NCBI GenBank assembly: GCA_964016885.1
Contig: OZ024747.1
Span: 72,292,001 to 72,356,000, forward strand
DNA: 64,000 nt
DNA from: Eledone cirrhosa
Lineage: Eukaryota
Reading direction: 5' to 3'
In this document: positions 12,863-27,682 of the stretch, one piece after another
How positions within the stretch are numbered: the first letter of the stretch is position 1
Layout: each line of letters starts with the position of its first letter
Program-made: the position numbers and the translations under genes
The notes under the pieces: model-generated
The model's database searches: none
What the model was told of the DNA's origin: nothing
The model's input: the letters and a program-made list of their open reading frames with translations, nothing else

Positions 12863-13101
12863 AGAGAGAGGGGGAGAGAGAGAGAGAGAGGGAAAGAATG
12901 AAAGATATATATATATATATATAGAGAGAGAGATAGAGTGAGAGAGATAGGGAGAGAGGGTGAGATAGAAAGAGAGAGAGAGGGCGAGAGGGCGAGAAAG
13001 ATAGAGAGAGATGGAGAGGGAAAGAGTGAAAGAGAGAGATATAGAGAGAGAGATGATATATATATATATAGAGAGAGAGGGGGGAGATAGATAGATAGAG
13101 A

Positions 13102-13167
<66 letters not shown>

Positions 13168-13168
13168 T
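12515..13168. repeat. (GA)n-rich polypurine tract
   Basis: Directly visible. Confidence 0.95.
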
Positions 13169-13517
13169 CAACAGATAGAATTAATTCTAGAATAATTTAG
13201 GATTGATGAACATTTTTTTCTTGTATTTCTTTTTAAATTTAATTTTATCATACAAGTTTGTTTTTCTTTTCCTTTCCGTTGGAAATCTTTTAATCTTTCT
13301 TCCCGCTCCGAAACAAATGAATCATTAGAGCAAGATGGCGGCAGCGCGATGTTTAAATGACAAAAGTCAGCGTTCTTAGCCACAAGTTGCCGGATTAAAG
13401 CTGTTTTTAAGCTTTGATTAACTCACTTCCATAGAACCAATTCCCTTGTGATTAATATCGCTTGTTGACAAGTGTGTATGTATGGGATGTGTGTGTGTCT
13501 GTAAATATTTATCTAAA

Positions 13518-13675
13518 TGTGTATGTATGTATGTATGTATGTATGTATGTATGTATGTATGTATGTATGTATGTATGTATGTATACGTGTGTGAGTATGC
13601 ATGTATGTATGTATGTATGTATTAATGTATGTATGTATGTATGTATTTATGTATGTATGTATGCATGCTTGCATG

Positions 13676-13706
<31 letters not shown>

Positions 13707-15270
13707 GTATGTATACGTGTGTGAGTATGCATGTATGTATGTATGTATTTATGCATGTATGTATGTATTTATGTATGTATGTATGCATGCTTGCATGTAT
13801 GTATGTATGTATGTATGTATGTAAGTATGTATACGTGTGTGAGTATGCATGCATGTATGTATGTATGTATTTATGCATGTATGTATGTATTTATGTATGT
13901 ATGTATGTATGCATGCTTGTATGTATGTATGTATGTATGTATGTATGTATGTATGTATGTATGTATACGTGTGTGAGTATGCATGCATGTTTTCTCTTTC
14001 TCTTAATTTCGAGTATATTTTTTTGACCGGCCACCCTCCTGGTGGCAAGGTTGTAAAAGAAAAGAAATTGTCATCCCTTGAATCGCAAGAATGTTTTGCA
14101 AATTTTGAAGGTGCCAGCTATCGCAGCCATTTGTAGACTATGAATTAGGGAGCTGCGCTTTTTGTCCGCAAATCCAAGTTCAGTCATACTTTGGTCCAAG
14201 CGGGTTGGTATATAACCCGTAGCACCAATAATGATGGGTATGAAGCTAAAGGTGTATCTTGGATACTGGATTTGTAAACTCCTCATCAATGGTCCGTAGA
14301 TGTCCTCCTTCTCCTGTATTTTTCTGACAACGTTTACATCAAGTGGGCAGCTGATCTCCACAATAGAACACGTTTTTAATGTGTGGTCCCAAACTACAAT
14401 ATCAGGCCGGTTGTGCTTTAATTTGGTAGCAGTTTTTATTTTCAGGTTCCACCAGTATTCCTTAGTGCCATCTGTCTCAATATATTCTTCCTCGTTTATT
14501 GTTAATTTTGTTTTCCGAAGTGCGTTCCAGATGGTTCTAGCTATCCCATCGTGTCTCATGGGGAGGTAGTAGCGAGATGACATTCTTTCGCAGCTGGCAA
14601 CAATGTGGCTTACATCCTCGATCTTTGTTTTACATAGCCTACATTTATTGTCAGCTGCTGGCCCTCCTCTTTTGTGCAGCAGATATTTGGTAGGGAGTTG
14701 TATGTATGTATGTATGTATGTATGTATGTATGTATGTATGTATGTATGTATGTATGTATGTATGTATGTATGTGCTTCTATGTGTGTGAGTATGTATGTA
14801 TATGTATGAGTATGCATGCATGTATGTATGTATATATGTATGTATGTAAGTATGTATGTATGTATATGTATGAGTATGCATACATATATGTATGTATATA
14901 TGCGTATGTATATATGCATATGTATGTATGTAAGTATGTATGTATGTATGTATGTATGTATGTATGTATGTATGTATGTATGTATGTCTTTATGTGCTTG
15001 TATGTGTGTGAGTATGTACACTATGTGTCAATGTTTGTATGTATGTATATGTATGAGTATGCATACATGTATGTATGTGTGTATGTATGTATATATGTAT
15101 GTATGTAAGTATGTATATATGTATGTATGTCCTTGTATGTGTGTATGTACAGTATGTGTCAATGTTTGTATGTATGTATGTGTATGTATGAGTATGCATG
15201 CATGTATGTATGTATATATGTATGTATGTATGTAAGTATGTATACGTGTGTGAGTATGTATGTATGTATG
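13518..15270. repeat. (TATG)n microsatellite array interrupted by an R4-clade element
   Basis: Array present on both sides of 13988-14699. Confidence 0.95.
13988..14699 (-). mobile_element. 5'-truncated R4/Dong-clade non-LTR retrotransposon (CCHC knuckle and restriction-like endonuclease)
   Basis: CRLC..EDVSHIVASC..Y..RHD..HNRPDIVVWD..IVEISCP..EKEDIY..IPIIIGATG; open frame to the stop at 14071. Confidence 0.9.
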
Positions 15271-15272
15271 TG

Positions 15273-15368
<96 letters not shown>

Positions 15369-15418
15369 AAATAAAGTTAAATAAAAAGTCAAATGTTTAA
15401 AATTTAGCTTCGTTTATT

Positions 15419-15473
15419 ACTGCTATATATATTTCAGTGACAGCCATCTTTGGCTGTGACCTCTTCAGGCAGT
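15419..15473 (-). ncRNA. Minimal type I hammerhead ribozyme (family E)
   Basis: Reverse complement: actgc-CTGAAGA-ggtcacagcca-aaga-tggctgtcact-GAAA-tatata-TA-gcagt; perfect stem I. Confidence 0.85.
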
Positions 15474-15689
15474 CCGAATTAGTGTGGTATAGACAAGTAC
15501 ATATGTTGTTGAGGTGTATAATTTTGTCAATACTCTGATATGCCCAGTTCCTGGTTGGGTGTTATTTCACCGAGGAACTGGAATCATTACATTACTCCGT
15601 AGTAACCAAACCAACCTGCGCACTTCGTCGAGTGCTCCAGCCTGCATACTGAGGTGTTGGTATACAACCAACATATACTCAAAATCTCC

Positions 15690-15782
<93 letters not shown>

Positions 15783-16430
15783 TATATATATATATGTATA
15801 TATATGTGTGTATGTGTGTGTGTGTTTGTGTCTCAGTACGTATCAGTATCTACGCCTTTGAGCCTTATATTTCTGTACGTGTGAAAAATGGTCTGTGTCG
15901 TTTTTATTTCTGTTTACTTTTTACACACACATACACACAGCCTTATATACAACACCTTATCCTGACGGCCAATTTATACCTAGGTAAATGAGGGGTTTAA
16001 AATAATGCCATATGAAGGGTGTATGTTAATACAGTGCCCCTAGGTCACTCTCTCAGAGATTATGGGACCGTAACTACAAATAAATGCGTACGAACCTGAG
16101 GGCCTTCGAAAACATATACGGTTCTCTATCTACACAGCAAGCTGTGATATTCTTTAGCAGGAGAGTAAGATTAATTAAAATGTAGTCGCACATCAAATCA
16201 TCATTATTTGCTGCGGAGTCAGTTTAATTTCAGAAATTTAAAATAATCTTAATTTTTCTAATTAATTGCAATTTGTTTTAGAAGTTTGAGATTTATTTCG
16301 CAAACGAGAAAAAATTTATTTCGTAAACTAAAATCAAATTACATAAATAAATAAATATATAGATGAAGCAAATTTACAGTTAAGAAAAGTATTGCTACTA
16401 ATTTGAATCGTACTAACTATTCGGTGTATA

Positions 16431-16576
<146 letters not shown>

Positions 16577-16719
16577 TCATGTTTACGAGAGCAGCGAAAT
16601 GGCCAGTTTGGTTTCAAGTCGTACAGGACTCAACCTGTCATGTAAATATGTTTACACATAAAAATGTGTATATTTATATACACTTTGTCACAGACTGTGT
16701 ATATATAAATATATAGATA

Positions 16720-16893
16720 CAGTGAAAATCTGTTATAATGATATCCCCAGGATTTAAAAGAAAAATTCATTGTAACGAAACATTCTTTTTAACGAGAGCG
16801 ACCGAAACAAATCAAGCGTTTGTTTGGTATTACCTCGGGGATTGAAAAAAATTACCTTATACTGAAAATTTCGTTATAACGGAATTTTACCTG
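16720..16893. mobile_element. pogo/Tigger-like MITE
   Basis: Imperfect TIRs cagtgaaaatctgttataa / ttataacggaattttacctg with TA on both sides. Confidence 0.65.
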
Positions 16894-17533
16894 TATATAT
16901 GTATCGTATATTTTGGCTGCTTAACACATTTTTAAATATATAACTTAATTAACTACCCACCCCAGCGCTAATTATACGCTAATTTGTATGTCCATTTCAG
17001 AATGCTACTCAGAGCGAATGGTTTATAACCAGTGGAGGACTGGCCAAGTTTCCAGGTTGCCCAATGGCAAGTGGACCCCAGGGGCTCCACAGTGGCATTG
17101 CAGGGGCCCACGGTAGTATTTGAGGGGCCAATGCTTTGCTTTTAAAAAATACCTGAAATCTAAGAGAAACAATAATTTAAAAAATAAATAAATAAAACAA
17201 TTAAGCAAAGCATTTGGTCAATAAATATAGTCATTAAATATGTTATGGCGCAACACTGAATCCTTGTTGCTTATCCTTATAATATATATATATATATATC
17301 ATTGTAAGTTTGAATCTAACAGACATGGAAAAACATATATATATAAATAATAGATTCAAATATCATAGAGAGAAAGACAGAGGGAGGGGGAGAAATTAAG
17401 TACAACAGAAATGAAACATTGATTACTGGTTAAAATATAATCTAGAATCTAGACTATATTTAGATGAGAAACAAAACGAGGATGTAGTTTATGGAACACC
17501 CAAATGATTTAGAAGTCGACCTTAAGTAGGAGC

Positions 17534-17944
17534 AATAACATTAAGAAAGACATGAACGACACCGCAATACTTTGTATTGAAAATGTTGAAAGTAGGTTTA
17601 TAAGTATGAATTTCATGAGATTTTTGTAGTTGTCTCAGTGGCCTAGCGGTAGGCATAAGAGAAGTTGGAGATCCTGGTCTTGGGATCAATCCTGGTCGAG
17701 AGGTACAAGTAGCCTTTTTCAGTTTTTATTTTACAACCCAAAGAAAAAAAACCAACAAGGTTTACCGGGAACGCTACTCCCGACCTGGATCGAACTTCAG
17801 ACCAGGATCGCCACCGTCTATGATTCCTCCAACAAGGCCGCCGAGACAGCTACAAACGTATAATGAAAATTAATAATTATAAACCTACTTTCAAAATCAA
17901 AGTTAAAAAGATGTGGTGTCGTTCATGGCTTTCCTAGAGCTATT
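17534..17944. mobile_element. Diverged fold-back element with tRNA-like sequence in each arm
   Basis: Arms ~17534-17705 and ~17772-17944; left arm has gtggcctagcggt...gggatcaatcc, right arm (reverse complement) has aagttcgatcc. Confidence 0.65.
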
Positions 17945-17955
17945 ATCTGGCCATT

Positions 17956-18160
17956 ATTGGCAGTGTCGGTAGAGAGTCGGACGCCATGCTTTCCAGCATA
18001 GTTATGTCCCTTTCCAGCATAGTTTATGTCCCTTTACGATCTGAGTTCAAATCCCGCCGAGGTTGACTTTGCCTTTCATCCTTACGGGGTCGATAAAATA
18101 AAGTACCAGTAATGCACTGGGTAATTTTCTGGCCTTGTGCCTAAAGTAGAAACAATTATT
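17956..18160 (+). mobile_element. Nin-type tRNA SINE copy with small internal duplication
   Basis: Matches the family. Confidence 0.85.
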
Positions 18161-18956
18161 GAAAGTCTCTGGATTTCGTAAAATACATATTTTTTATTGG
18201 CGAAGGTAAGATATTTTTTGCGCAAAAATTTTTTGCGCAATGTTTGTACACATGCTTGACCTCCTTTCCAACGCAAGAGACATACAGATACATATATATG
18301 TATTGATGTACAGTGGGGTGACATATATTATATTATATTATTTCTGAATGGCAATTTAAAATCAAAATCAAAATCACATTAAGACAGAATCAATGCAAAA
18401 TTAAAATACAATCGGCAGTTAACGTAAATAATGTAAGGGGATAGTTTGTTAGTCAGTTGTAGTAGTTATTGTATGCGTTAGTTACACGTTGAGCATGATC
18501 GTGTGTCTTATTTATATATATATATGATTATTGTGCGGCAGGGTGTTACATGTAATACAAGCACTTTAAGCGGGTAATCAAGAGTAAAAAGTTTTAGTAT
18601 ATACATAACCATAAATAGTATTCTTAATACTATATATATATACATATATGACAAACAAACGGTACAGTAAATGAAAGAAATATATTTGTTTAATGATTGA
18701 AATATGCATTTAATGATTGAAATATGCATGTATGTATGTATACCTACACGTATATATGCTGAAGACAGCATATATATGTGTAGGTATGTATATTCCCTCT
18801 GATAGTTTATAACATTTTTACATAGATCTATATGATATACATACCAACACACACATATATATCCTAGAAACGATCGTAAAATGATGAATTTTTTAATATA
18901 AGGAACTGTTTCTTTGTTTTTATTCATTGTTTTTATTCATTTATATATATATATAG

Positions 18957-19325
18957 TAATAATAATAAATTTGAAGAGTAAAATCCAAAGAGGGCTCGAT
19001 AAGGATAAATATATATCAAATATATAAGAACCGCAGAGCAAATATTTATTAAAATAACAGATTAAAGTTTCAGCAAAGAATCGCTGCTTTCACCCTTAAC
19101 GGGATCTCCTGAGACTAACATATTATAACGTATTATATTCGTTTTTTCCCGTTCTTTGCCAGGGAACGTTTCCACGGACCAAAGTATCGTCTTCCTGTCT
19201 TCCTCCGGTTGCAACGTTTTTTGAAATATCCACTTCTGCGTTTACAGATTGACTTTGTTAGTTTCAGAAGATCCCGTTAAGGGTGAAAGCAGCGATTCTT
19301 TGTTTAATCTGTTATTTTAATAAAT
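18957..19325. mobile_element. Family L unit in inverted configuration
   Basis: 19043-19118 is inverted relative to 19256-19325. Confidence 0.7.
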
Positions 19326-19419
19326 AAATATATATATATATATATGCACAGAGACATACATAGATATACGAGGCATAAGGAGAATCAGAAATAAAGAAAT
19401 AATTTGGTTATTGTCTTTG

Positions 19420-20295
19420 ATCTTTTCGATTCTGTGTTGAATGTTCGTGTTAAGAGAGGGACCGAGCTCTCAACTGATCACCATCTAATTATCTGCAACT
19501 TGTGACTACCTAAAGCCTAAGAAGCCCACAAACCTAGCAGGTCCAGGGTGACCTACAGGGTAAATAGAGAAGTGTTGTTGTATAAGAAAGTCAGGAACAG
19601 GTATCCAGATACTATAGCATCCAAATTCAAAGAACTCCCGGAGTAAACTGAGGATGTTGAACCGGAGTGGGGATTGATCGTCAAAAGGGCTCATCAGTTC
19701 AATGAAGTGGTCAAAGATGCCATCCGAGCAAAGAAGGAGGCCTACAACGCTTGGTTTGGAAATATGTCTTCCTTCTTTCACCTGCAGTACAAGCAGGCAC
19801 AACGAATCGCAGCAGAGACACTAAATGCGTCCAAAATTAAGACATAGGAAGACTTTGGGATTAAGTTGGAATCCGACTTCTATCAGCATATAAAGTGTTC
19901 TGGTAGACCATCTACGGACTTCGTAATAAGAATTCCTCCCTCACACCTGCTACTAGGAATGCGTCTAGGGTTATTTTCTTTTTAGAGAGATGCAGCTTCG
20001 CGAGGTGAAAAGAATATTTTGCTGGTTTCCTAAACTCGATCACAAGATCATCTCCTGATGTACACAAGGTGCATCTGGGGCCGATGGTTAATCCCTTGGA
20101 GGCTGAGGTCACACAAGCAATTAAAGAACTCAAATGTGGCAAGGCGACCTGAGAAATTGAAATTCGGCTGAGATGTCAGAAGCCTCTCCGGTAAAGTCTA
20201 GGCAAAGTATCAGGCAAAGAAATGCAAGGAGACTGTCGAGGCCAAGCTACCAGATGAACAGTGAGGTTTTCGCGCCAGACGGAGAACAGTTGTCT
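19420..20295 (+). mobile_element. Decayed RTE-clade LINE fragment (APE end to RT start)
   Basis: NVRVKRGTELSTDHHLIIC (APE SDH-type motif); later R*KEYFAGFLN, EVTQAIKELKCGKA and EQ*GFRA with frameshifts. Confidence 0.75.
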
Positions 20296-20316
20296 AATAT
20301 ATATATATATATTTAT

Positions 20317-20623
20317 ATACAATATATTAATAAATGGAAACTATATTTATAAAACCATAATTATTTACTATATATATTTCAAGGGCAACCAAGGCAAATT
20401 ATGGTGCGCTTTCATCATATAAACCTTTATAAACATTTATAACCTCTGAATATATATATATATATTCAAATGGTTGCATTCTTTAAGGGTATGTCAATAT
20501 TTATTTATAAAACTGCTCTATATTATATTTTATCTGATGAAAGCACACCATAATTTAACTTGGTGTCCTTGAAATATGTATAATGAAATAAATATGGTTT
20601 TATAAATATAGTTTCCATTTGTT
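20317..20623. mobile_element. Two family A pLTR units in inverted orientation
   Basis: Minus copy 20317-20430 (core mutated to ATGATGA); plus copy 20483-20623. Confidence 0.75.
20526..20590 (+). ncRNA. Minimal hammerhead ribozyme (family A)
   Basis: tattttat-CTGATGA-aagcacacca..tggtgtcctt-GAAA-tatgta-TA-atgaaata. Confidence 0.75.
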
Positions 20624-20629
20624 AATATC

Positions 20630-20674
<45 letters not shown>

Positions 20675-20686
20675 TCTATACCTTTC

Positions 20687-20779
<93 letters not shown>

Positions 20780-20784
<5 letters not shown>

Positions 20785-20829
20785 GAAAGGTATAGAAATT
20801 GTTTTAGCGAGAAGCTAACAGTATTCCAT

Positions 20830-20863
<34 letters not shown>

Positions 20864-20908
20864 ATGGAATACTGTTAGCTTCTCGCTAAAACAATTTCTA
20901 TACCTTTC

Positions 20909-20915
<7 letters not shown>
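20780..20915. repeat. Perfect ~52-bp inverted repeat around a (TA)n spacer
   Basis: aaatgaaaggtatagaaattgttttagcgagaagctaacagtattccataac and its reverse complement. Confidence 0.9.
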
Positions 20916-20942
<27 letters not shown>

Positions 20943-20953
20943 GAAAGGTATAG

Positions 20954-20991
<38 letters not shown>

Positions 20992-21041
20992 GATATTAAC
21001 AAATGGAAACTATATTTATAAAACCATATTTATTTCATTAT

Positions 21042-21102
<61 letters not shown>

Positions 21103-21129
21103 TATGTATATATATATTCTATACCTTTC

Positions 21130-21177
<48 letters not shown>

Positions 21178-21605
21178 CTTTGTGGTGTTGTTATTGTTGT
21201 TATTGTTGTTGTGGGTTCTGGCTTTAGTCTCGCTGTACAGCTTTTTGTCACGAGATTTCAGTATGACCTATGCCCTGTGAGTGGAATATGATAGATGGTA
21301 ATTGCGGAAGCCCATCATATGATGTCTGTATAAATGTGGTTGTGTTTGTGTGTCCGTGTTTACCTTTACGTCTTTCAGTTTTCATTACAAATAACTTAGC
21401 GTTGCGATAAAAAACCATTGAATGAAATAAGTACCAAATTTGAAAAAATATATACTCGACTAAATCAAGCCGGTCCCCCAGCATAGCCACAGTCTACTAA
21501 GTGATAAAATCAAAATAAAATAAACGTCAAATTATATATATACACATACATGAAATATTTCAGGACTCCGACAGATGTACTCCGGCGGTTTCACATATAC
21601 ACACA

Positions 21606-21752
<147 letters not shown>

Positions 21753-21790
21753 AAGAAGTATGTTTTGTAACAGTGAGCGAGTTTGAAATT

Positions 21791-22047
21791 AGAAAATATA
21801 TAGCTTTCACCGTATTTTTTACTAAAAGAATTTTAGCTTGATAACGGGGTTTAGAACCCTCAGATAAATGGAAAAAGATGAGTATTGACGTACATGGGAG
21901 TCGAACCCACATCTGTGGTTATCGCAGATGTGGGTTCGACTCCCATGTACGTCAATACTCATCTTTTTCCATTTATCTGAGGGTTCTAAACCCCGTTATC
22001 AAGCTAAAATTCTTTTAGTCAAAAATACGGTGAAAGCTATATATTTT

Positions 22048-22049
<2 letters not shown>
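21791..22049. mobile_element. Near-perfect ~125-bp fold-back unit (family J) with B-box-like gggttcgactccc
   Basis: 9-nt loop at 21916-21924; related copies at ~41015-41112 (-) and ~41800-41900 (+). Confidence 0.75.
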
Positions 22050-22137
<88 letters not shown>

Positions 22138-22311
22138 TATATATATATATATATAATATAAGATCAAAAGATGGTTAAAAGAGTACCATACATGGAACTC
22201 TTTTAACCATCTTTTGATCTTAGGTTATTTATACGCCAGTCCTACAAACTGTAGAGTGCTACTTATCCGATATCTGCATTGCTTTATTGTACTACAATAA
22301 AACTCACCTCC

Positions 22312-22646
<335 letters not shown>

Positions 22647-22647
22647 G

Positions 22648-23422
22648 TTAAAGTGTACATCTACATATGTATACGGAAGTATTAGTATGCATATAAATAC
22701 ACACATGTATACATATGTACATGTACTGAGTTTTTCACTAGACACTTTACAGTGAGTGTCCAGCTAGTCTGTATGTAACCACACAGACGGACCGGCTTTT
22801 AGAGTCATACGAGTTTTCAAGGAAACACATTTCCTCTATTCTCCAGAGAGCCAGACAGGAATATTGGACTAGTTTCGATGTTATTACATCTCATTACAAA
22901 AGTGAGTTAGAAGCGAAACGAAATTTAATTTCGTTTCGTTATTTGTTTTTATCGTTTCCGCTGAACCGGTGCGTACAATGACTCACGTTCTATGCAAATT
23001 AGTCTTCCCACTACTAATTTTCATAGAAAAAGCATATAACGATATGTGCTTTTACAATTCTCTAGAGAAGCCGGAAAATGGGTATATATTGCTGATGAGA
23101 TGTAATAACATCGAAACTAGTCCAATATTCCTGTCTGGCTCTCTGGAGAATAGAGGAAATGTGTTTCCTTGAAAACTCGTATGACTCTAAAACCCGGTCC
23201 GTCTGTGTGGTTACATACAGACTAGCTGGACACTCACTGTAAAGTGTCTAGTGAAAAACTCAGTACATGTACATATGTATACATGTGTGTATTTATATGC
23301 ATACTAATACTTCCGTATACATATGTAGATGTACACTTTAAGCTTAATTGTTTAAGCGTCAGTCATACAAAAGTGAGTTAGAAGCGAAACGAAATTTAAT
23401 TTCGTTTCGTTATTTGTTTTTA
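22648..23422. mobile_element. PLE-type unit: ~245-bp inverted arms plus a 58-bp direct repeat (family I)
   Basis: 22648-22894 is inverted to 23095-23341; 22895-22952 is repeated at ~23365-23422. Confidence 0.8.
23086..23128 (+). ncRNA. Minimal type I hammerhead ribozyme, GUC site (family I)
   Basis: atattg-CTGATGA-gatgt-aata-acatc-GAAA-c-ta-g-TC-caatat; stems I and II perfectly paired. Confidence 0.9.
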
Positions 23423-23490
23423 TATATATTATATATATATATATATATAATATATATACTATATACATATACATATAGATATATATATAT

Positions 23491-23584
<94 letters not shown>

Positions 23585-23622
23585 CATATATATATGTATA
23601 TATATATATATATATACATATA

Positions 23623-23678
<56 letters not shown>

Positions 23679-23686
23679 ATATATAC

Positions 23687-24298
<612 letters not shown>

Positions 24299-24301
24299 AT
24301 A

Positions 24302-24404
<103 letters not shown>

Positions 24405-25223
24405 TATATATATATAATATATATATATGTACGTGTATGTATGCGTGTGTGTACTGGTGTTTGTGTGTGTGTGTGTGTGTGTGTATATTATGCGTATGTG
24501 TAAGTGTCTTTATATCCGTGTTTTTGACATTTCGGTTTTATATTTTTTTGTTTCTTTTTTCTTTTTTCTTCTCCCCCCCCCCTTCCCTCTTTTGTTACTT
24601 ACCCAGTTTCATACATGGGCATGCAAACAGGTTTAATTGCGCGAGTATAAGTATGTGTGTGTATGTACGTATCGAACGTATGGAAGTGTAAGTGAGCGTG
24701 TGTATATAAGCATAATTATTTTTACATTTCTTTTGTGAGACACGCGTGTCTGTGTATGTATGTACCCCCGCTTTTTTTGTTTTCTTTAATTTTTTCTTTC
24801 TATCTTGTCTTTCTAATTTATCGTTACTATATTTTTATAAATATATCGTAATAGATACTTTTCTTTTATTTATTATACTCTCTTTATCTCCTTTCGTTCC
24901 GCATCTTAGTGTATGAGTGTCCAGGCGTTTTTATGCGCGCGACTTTATTTTCTTATTTTTACGAAGTAACCATTTCTGTCTGTATAATACAGACATATAG
25001 ATACATTTGCCCTAAACTTTTATAATTACGCACACTTTCTAACCATACATTTACACTTGCACATATACATATATGCACATCTATGAGCGTATATACATAC
25101 ACATACACACACCTTACTATTTTTCTTGATAGATTTTTATATATTTCAATTTCTATTTCATTTATCTATATATTTTTTTTGATTTTCTTGATGTGGTTTT
25201 CTAAGTATTTGCCCATGTTTTAT

Positions 25224-25301
25224 ATTGCCTCGTCTGACGAACGAATGAAGTCGTTTATTTCGTATTCGCCTCATTCGGGAAACCTCTGGTAATGAGGTAA
25301 T
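25224..25301 (+). ncRNA. Type I hammerhead ribozyme, GUA site (family F)
   Basis: attgcctcgt-CTGACGA-acgaatgaag...cctcattcgg-GAAA-cc-tct-gg-TA-atgaggtaat; 10-bp stem I including GU pairs. Confidence 0.85.
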
Positions 25302-25322
25302 TATATTGTATTGATTTTATAC

Positions 25323-25391
<69 letters not shown>

Positions 25392-25401
<10 letters not shown>

Positions 25402-25619
25402 TAAAATAACAGATTAAAGTTTAAGCAAAGAATCGCTGCTTTCACCCTTAACGGGATCTTAGATTTCAGAAGATCCCGTTAAGGGTGAAAGCAGCGATTC
25501 TTTGCTTAAACTTTAATCTGTTATTTTAATAAATATTTGCTCTACGGTTCTTATATATTTGATATATATTTATCCTTATCGAGCCCTCTTTGGATTTTAG
25601 TCTTCAAATGTATTATTAT

Positions 25620-25622
<3 letters not shown>
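25392..25622 (+). mobile_element. Family L fold-back unit
   Basis: Perfect ~68-bp arms, 9-nt loop agatttcag, then tail; (TA)n on both sides. Confidence 0.75.
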
Positions 25623-25672
<50 letters not shown>

Positions 25673-26745
25673 GAAACACACAGATACATGCGGACACACA
25701 CATATATACATGAATGCATCCGCACCCAACTGTGAGTTAAGGGTGCCAACTTCACCGATGTTGCTCAATGAATGACTGGGACAGACCAATTCAGTTGAAC
25801 TAGACTGAACCAGTATCAGAGTTAAAAATACATTATGAAGAGAGAAGAAACATTTAGATATAATTAGTAATAAAATGTATCATACCTAAACTGCTCCTAA
25901 ATTCCTCGACTACGTAGTTTCGTGGCATAAACAAAAACAATATATCATAAAGATATAGAGTCCTTGCGAGGTCTGCCGACTTATCAAGAGGATACCTCAT
26001 TTTACTAGTCTCAAGAACGCGTCTACACGACGTGAGAAAGAATCCCAAAAGGCGGAGGGGGAGATAGTCACGCGATATAACGGTCGAGAAACAGAGCTAA
26101 TCCTCTTATAACCCAGAAGAAAATACCACGGAGGCGGAGGGGGTATTTATATCGAGGCCGTAGAAGAGGTGGTGAAGAAGGCGAGAAGTATGAGTAATGG
26201 AAGCTTTCCAACTGTCCCCACACTTCAAAGGTTGCTCGACCAGAGGGAGTTATTAACAATATATTTAGAAACACACAGATACATGCGGACACACACATAT
26301 ATACATGAATGCATCCGCACCCATATATATACACACGCATCAATGACTTATATATCACTTCCCACTAAAAAAAGTAAATAGCGAGAGACGTGTTTGTCAG
26401 CAGTCACTTTTATTATTCCTCCATTGATTCTGAATCAAAAGCTCCAGCACATTTGTCATTCATCATCAAATCTTTGTAATCTTTGCTCTTTAGTTCAGCT
26501 CATAAAAAATGACAAACACTGTGTGTACGTCTGTGAGAATTATATTTATATTTCAAGTAATTTTCAGCATCATCATCGCCTAGATCAACTCAATTATGGG
26601 AACTGTTGTGGGTAAACATAGAATGATAACGTCAGTCTAAAATATATTAAACACACTAGTGCCACCTACCGGCTGGAATAAATTGACTGAAATGTCACAC
26701 CTCACTGAACTTTTTTGTCCTTGTACTACGATCCAGTTCTCTGTT

Positions 26746-26776
<31 letters not shown>

Positions 26777-26872
26777 GTAACTGTTTGTGTACATACATCA
26801 TACATATATATACATATATACATATATATATGTATATATATACATATATATATGTATATATGTATATATGTA

Positions 26873-26916
<44 letters not shown>

Positions 26917-27243
26917 CACACATCTGTATATATATGTATATTATATATATATGTATATTACATATTATATGGATATATATATATATATATATATTATATG
27001 GATATTATATATGTATGGATACATTTGAGTATATATGTTTATATATATATACATATATATATACATATGCACCTATATATATATCTATATATATATATGT
27101 CTCTCTATATATATGTATATATCTATATTTATCTATATATATTTATATATATCTACAAACACACACATATATATATATGTGTATGTGTGTGTGTCTGTGT
27201 TTTGTATATATATATATATATATATATATACCTATATAATTAC

Positions 27244-27321
<78 letters not shown>

Positions 27322-27489
27322 ATATATACCTATATAATTACATATATATATATATATATATATACCTATATATACCTATATAATTACATTTATATATATA
27401 TATATATATATATATAAACATACAGAGATATATAAAATTAGAAAATGCTGGAAAACCAGATGTATGGAAGAGAGATCAAGGTTAACTTA

Positions 27490-27682
27490 GACACAAGGCC
27501 AGCAATTCGGGGGAAGGGAAAATCGAATCAATCGATCACAGTGCATGACTGGTACTTTATTTTCTCGACCCCGAAAGGAAAACCTAACCTGGGCGGGATT
27601 TGAACTCAGAACGTAAAGGACCGTAGCTCTCTGCCGCGAATCAGGGTATCCGACGCTCTACCGATACTACCAATCCATCGCC
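27490..27682 (-). mobile_element. Nin-type tRNA SINE copy (diverged)
   Basis: Reverse complement of family consensus. Confidence 0.75.

Noticed and set aside
17028-17130. hAT-like terminus cagtggaggactggcc
   Set aside because: No matching second TIR or TSD found
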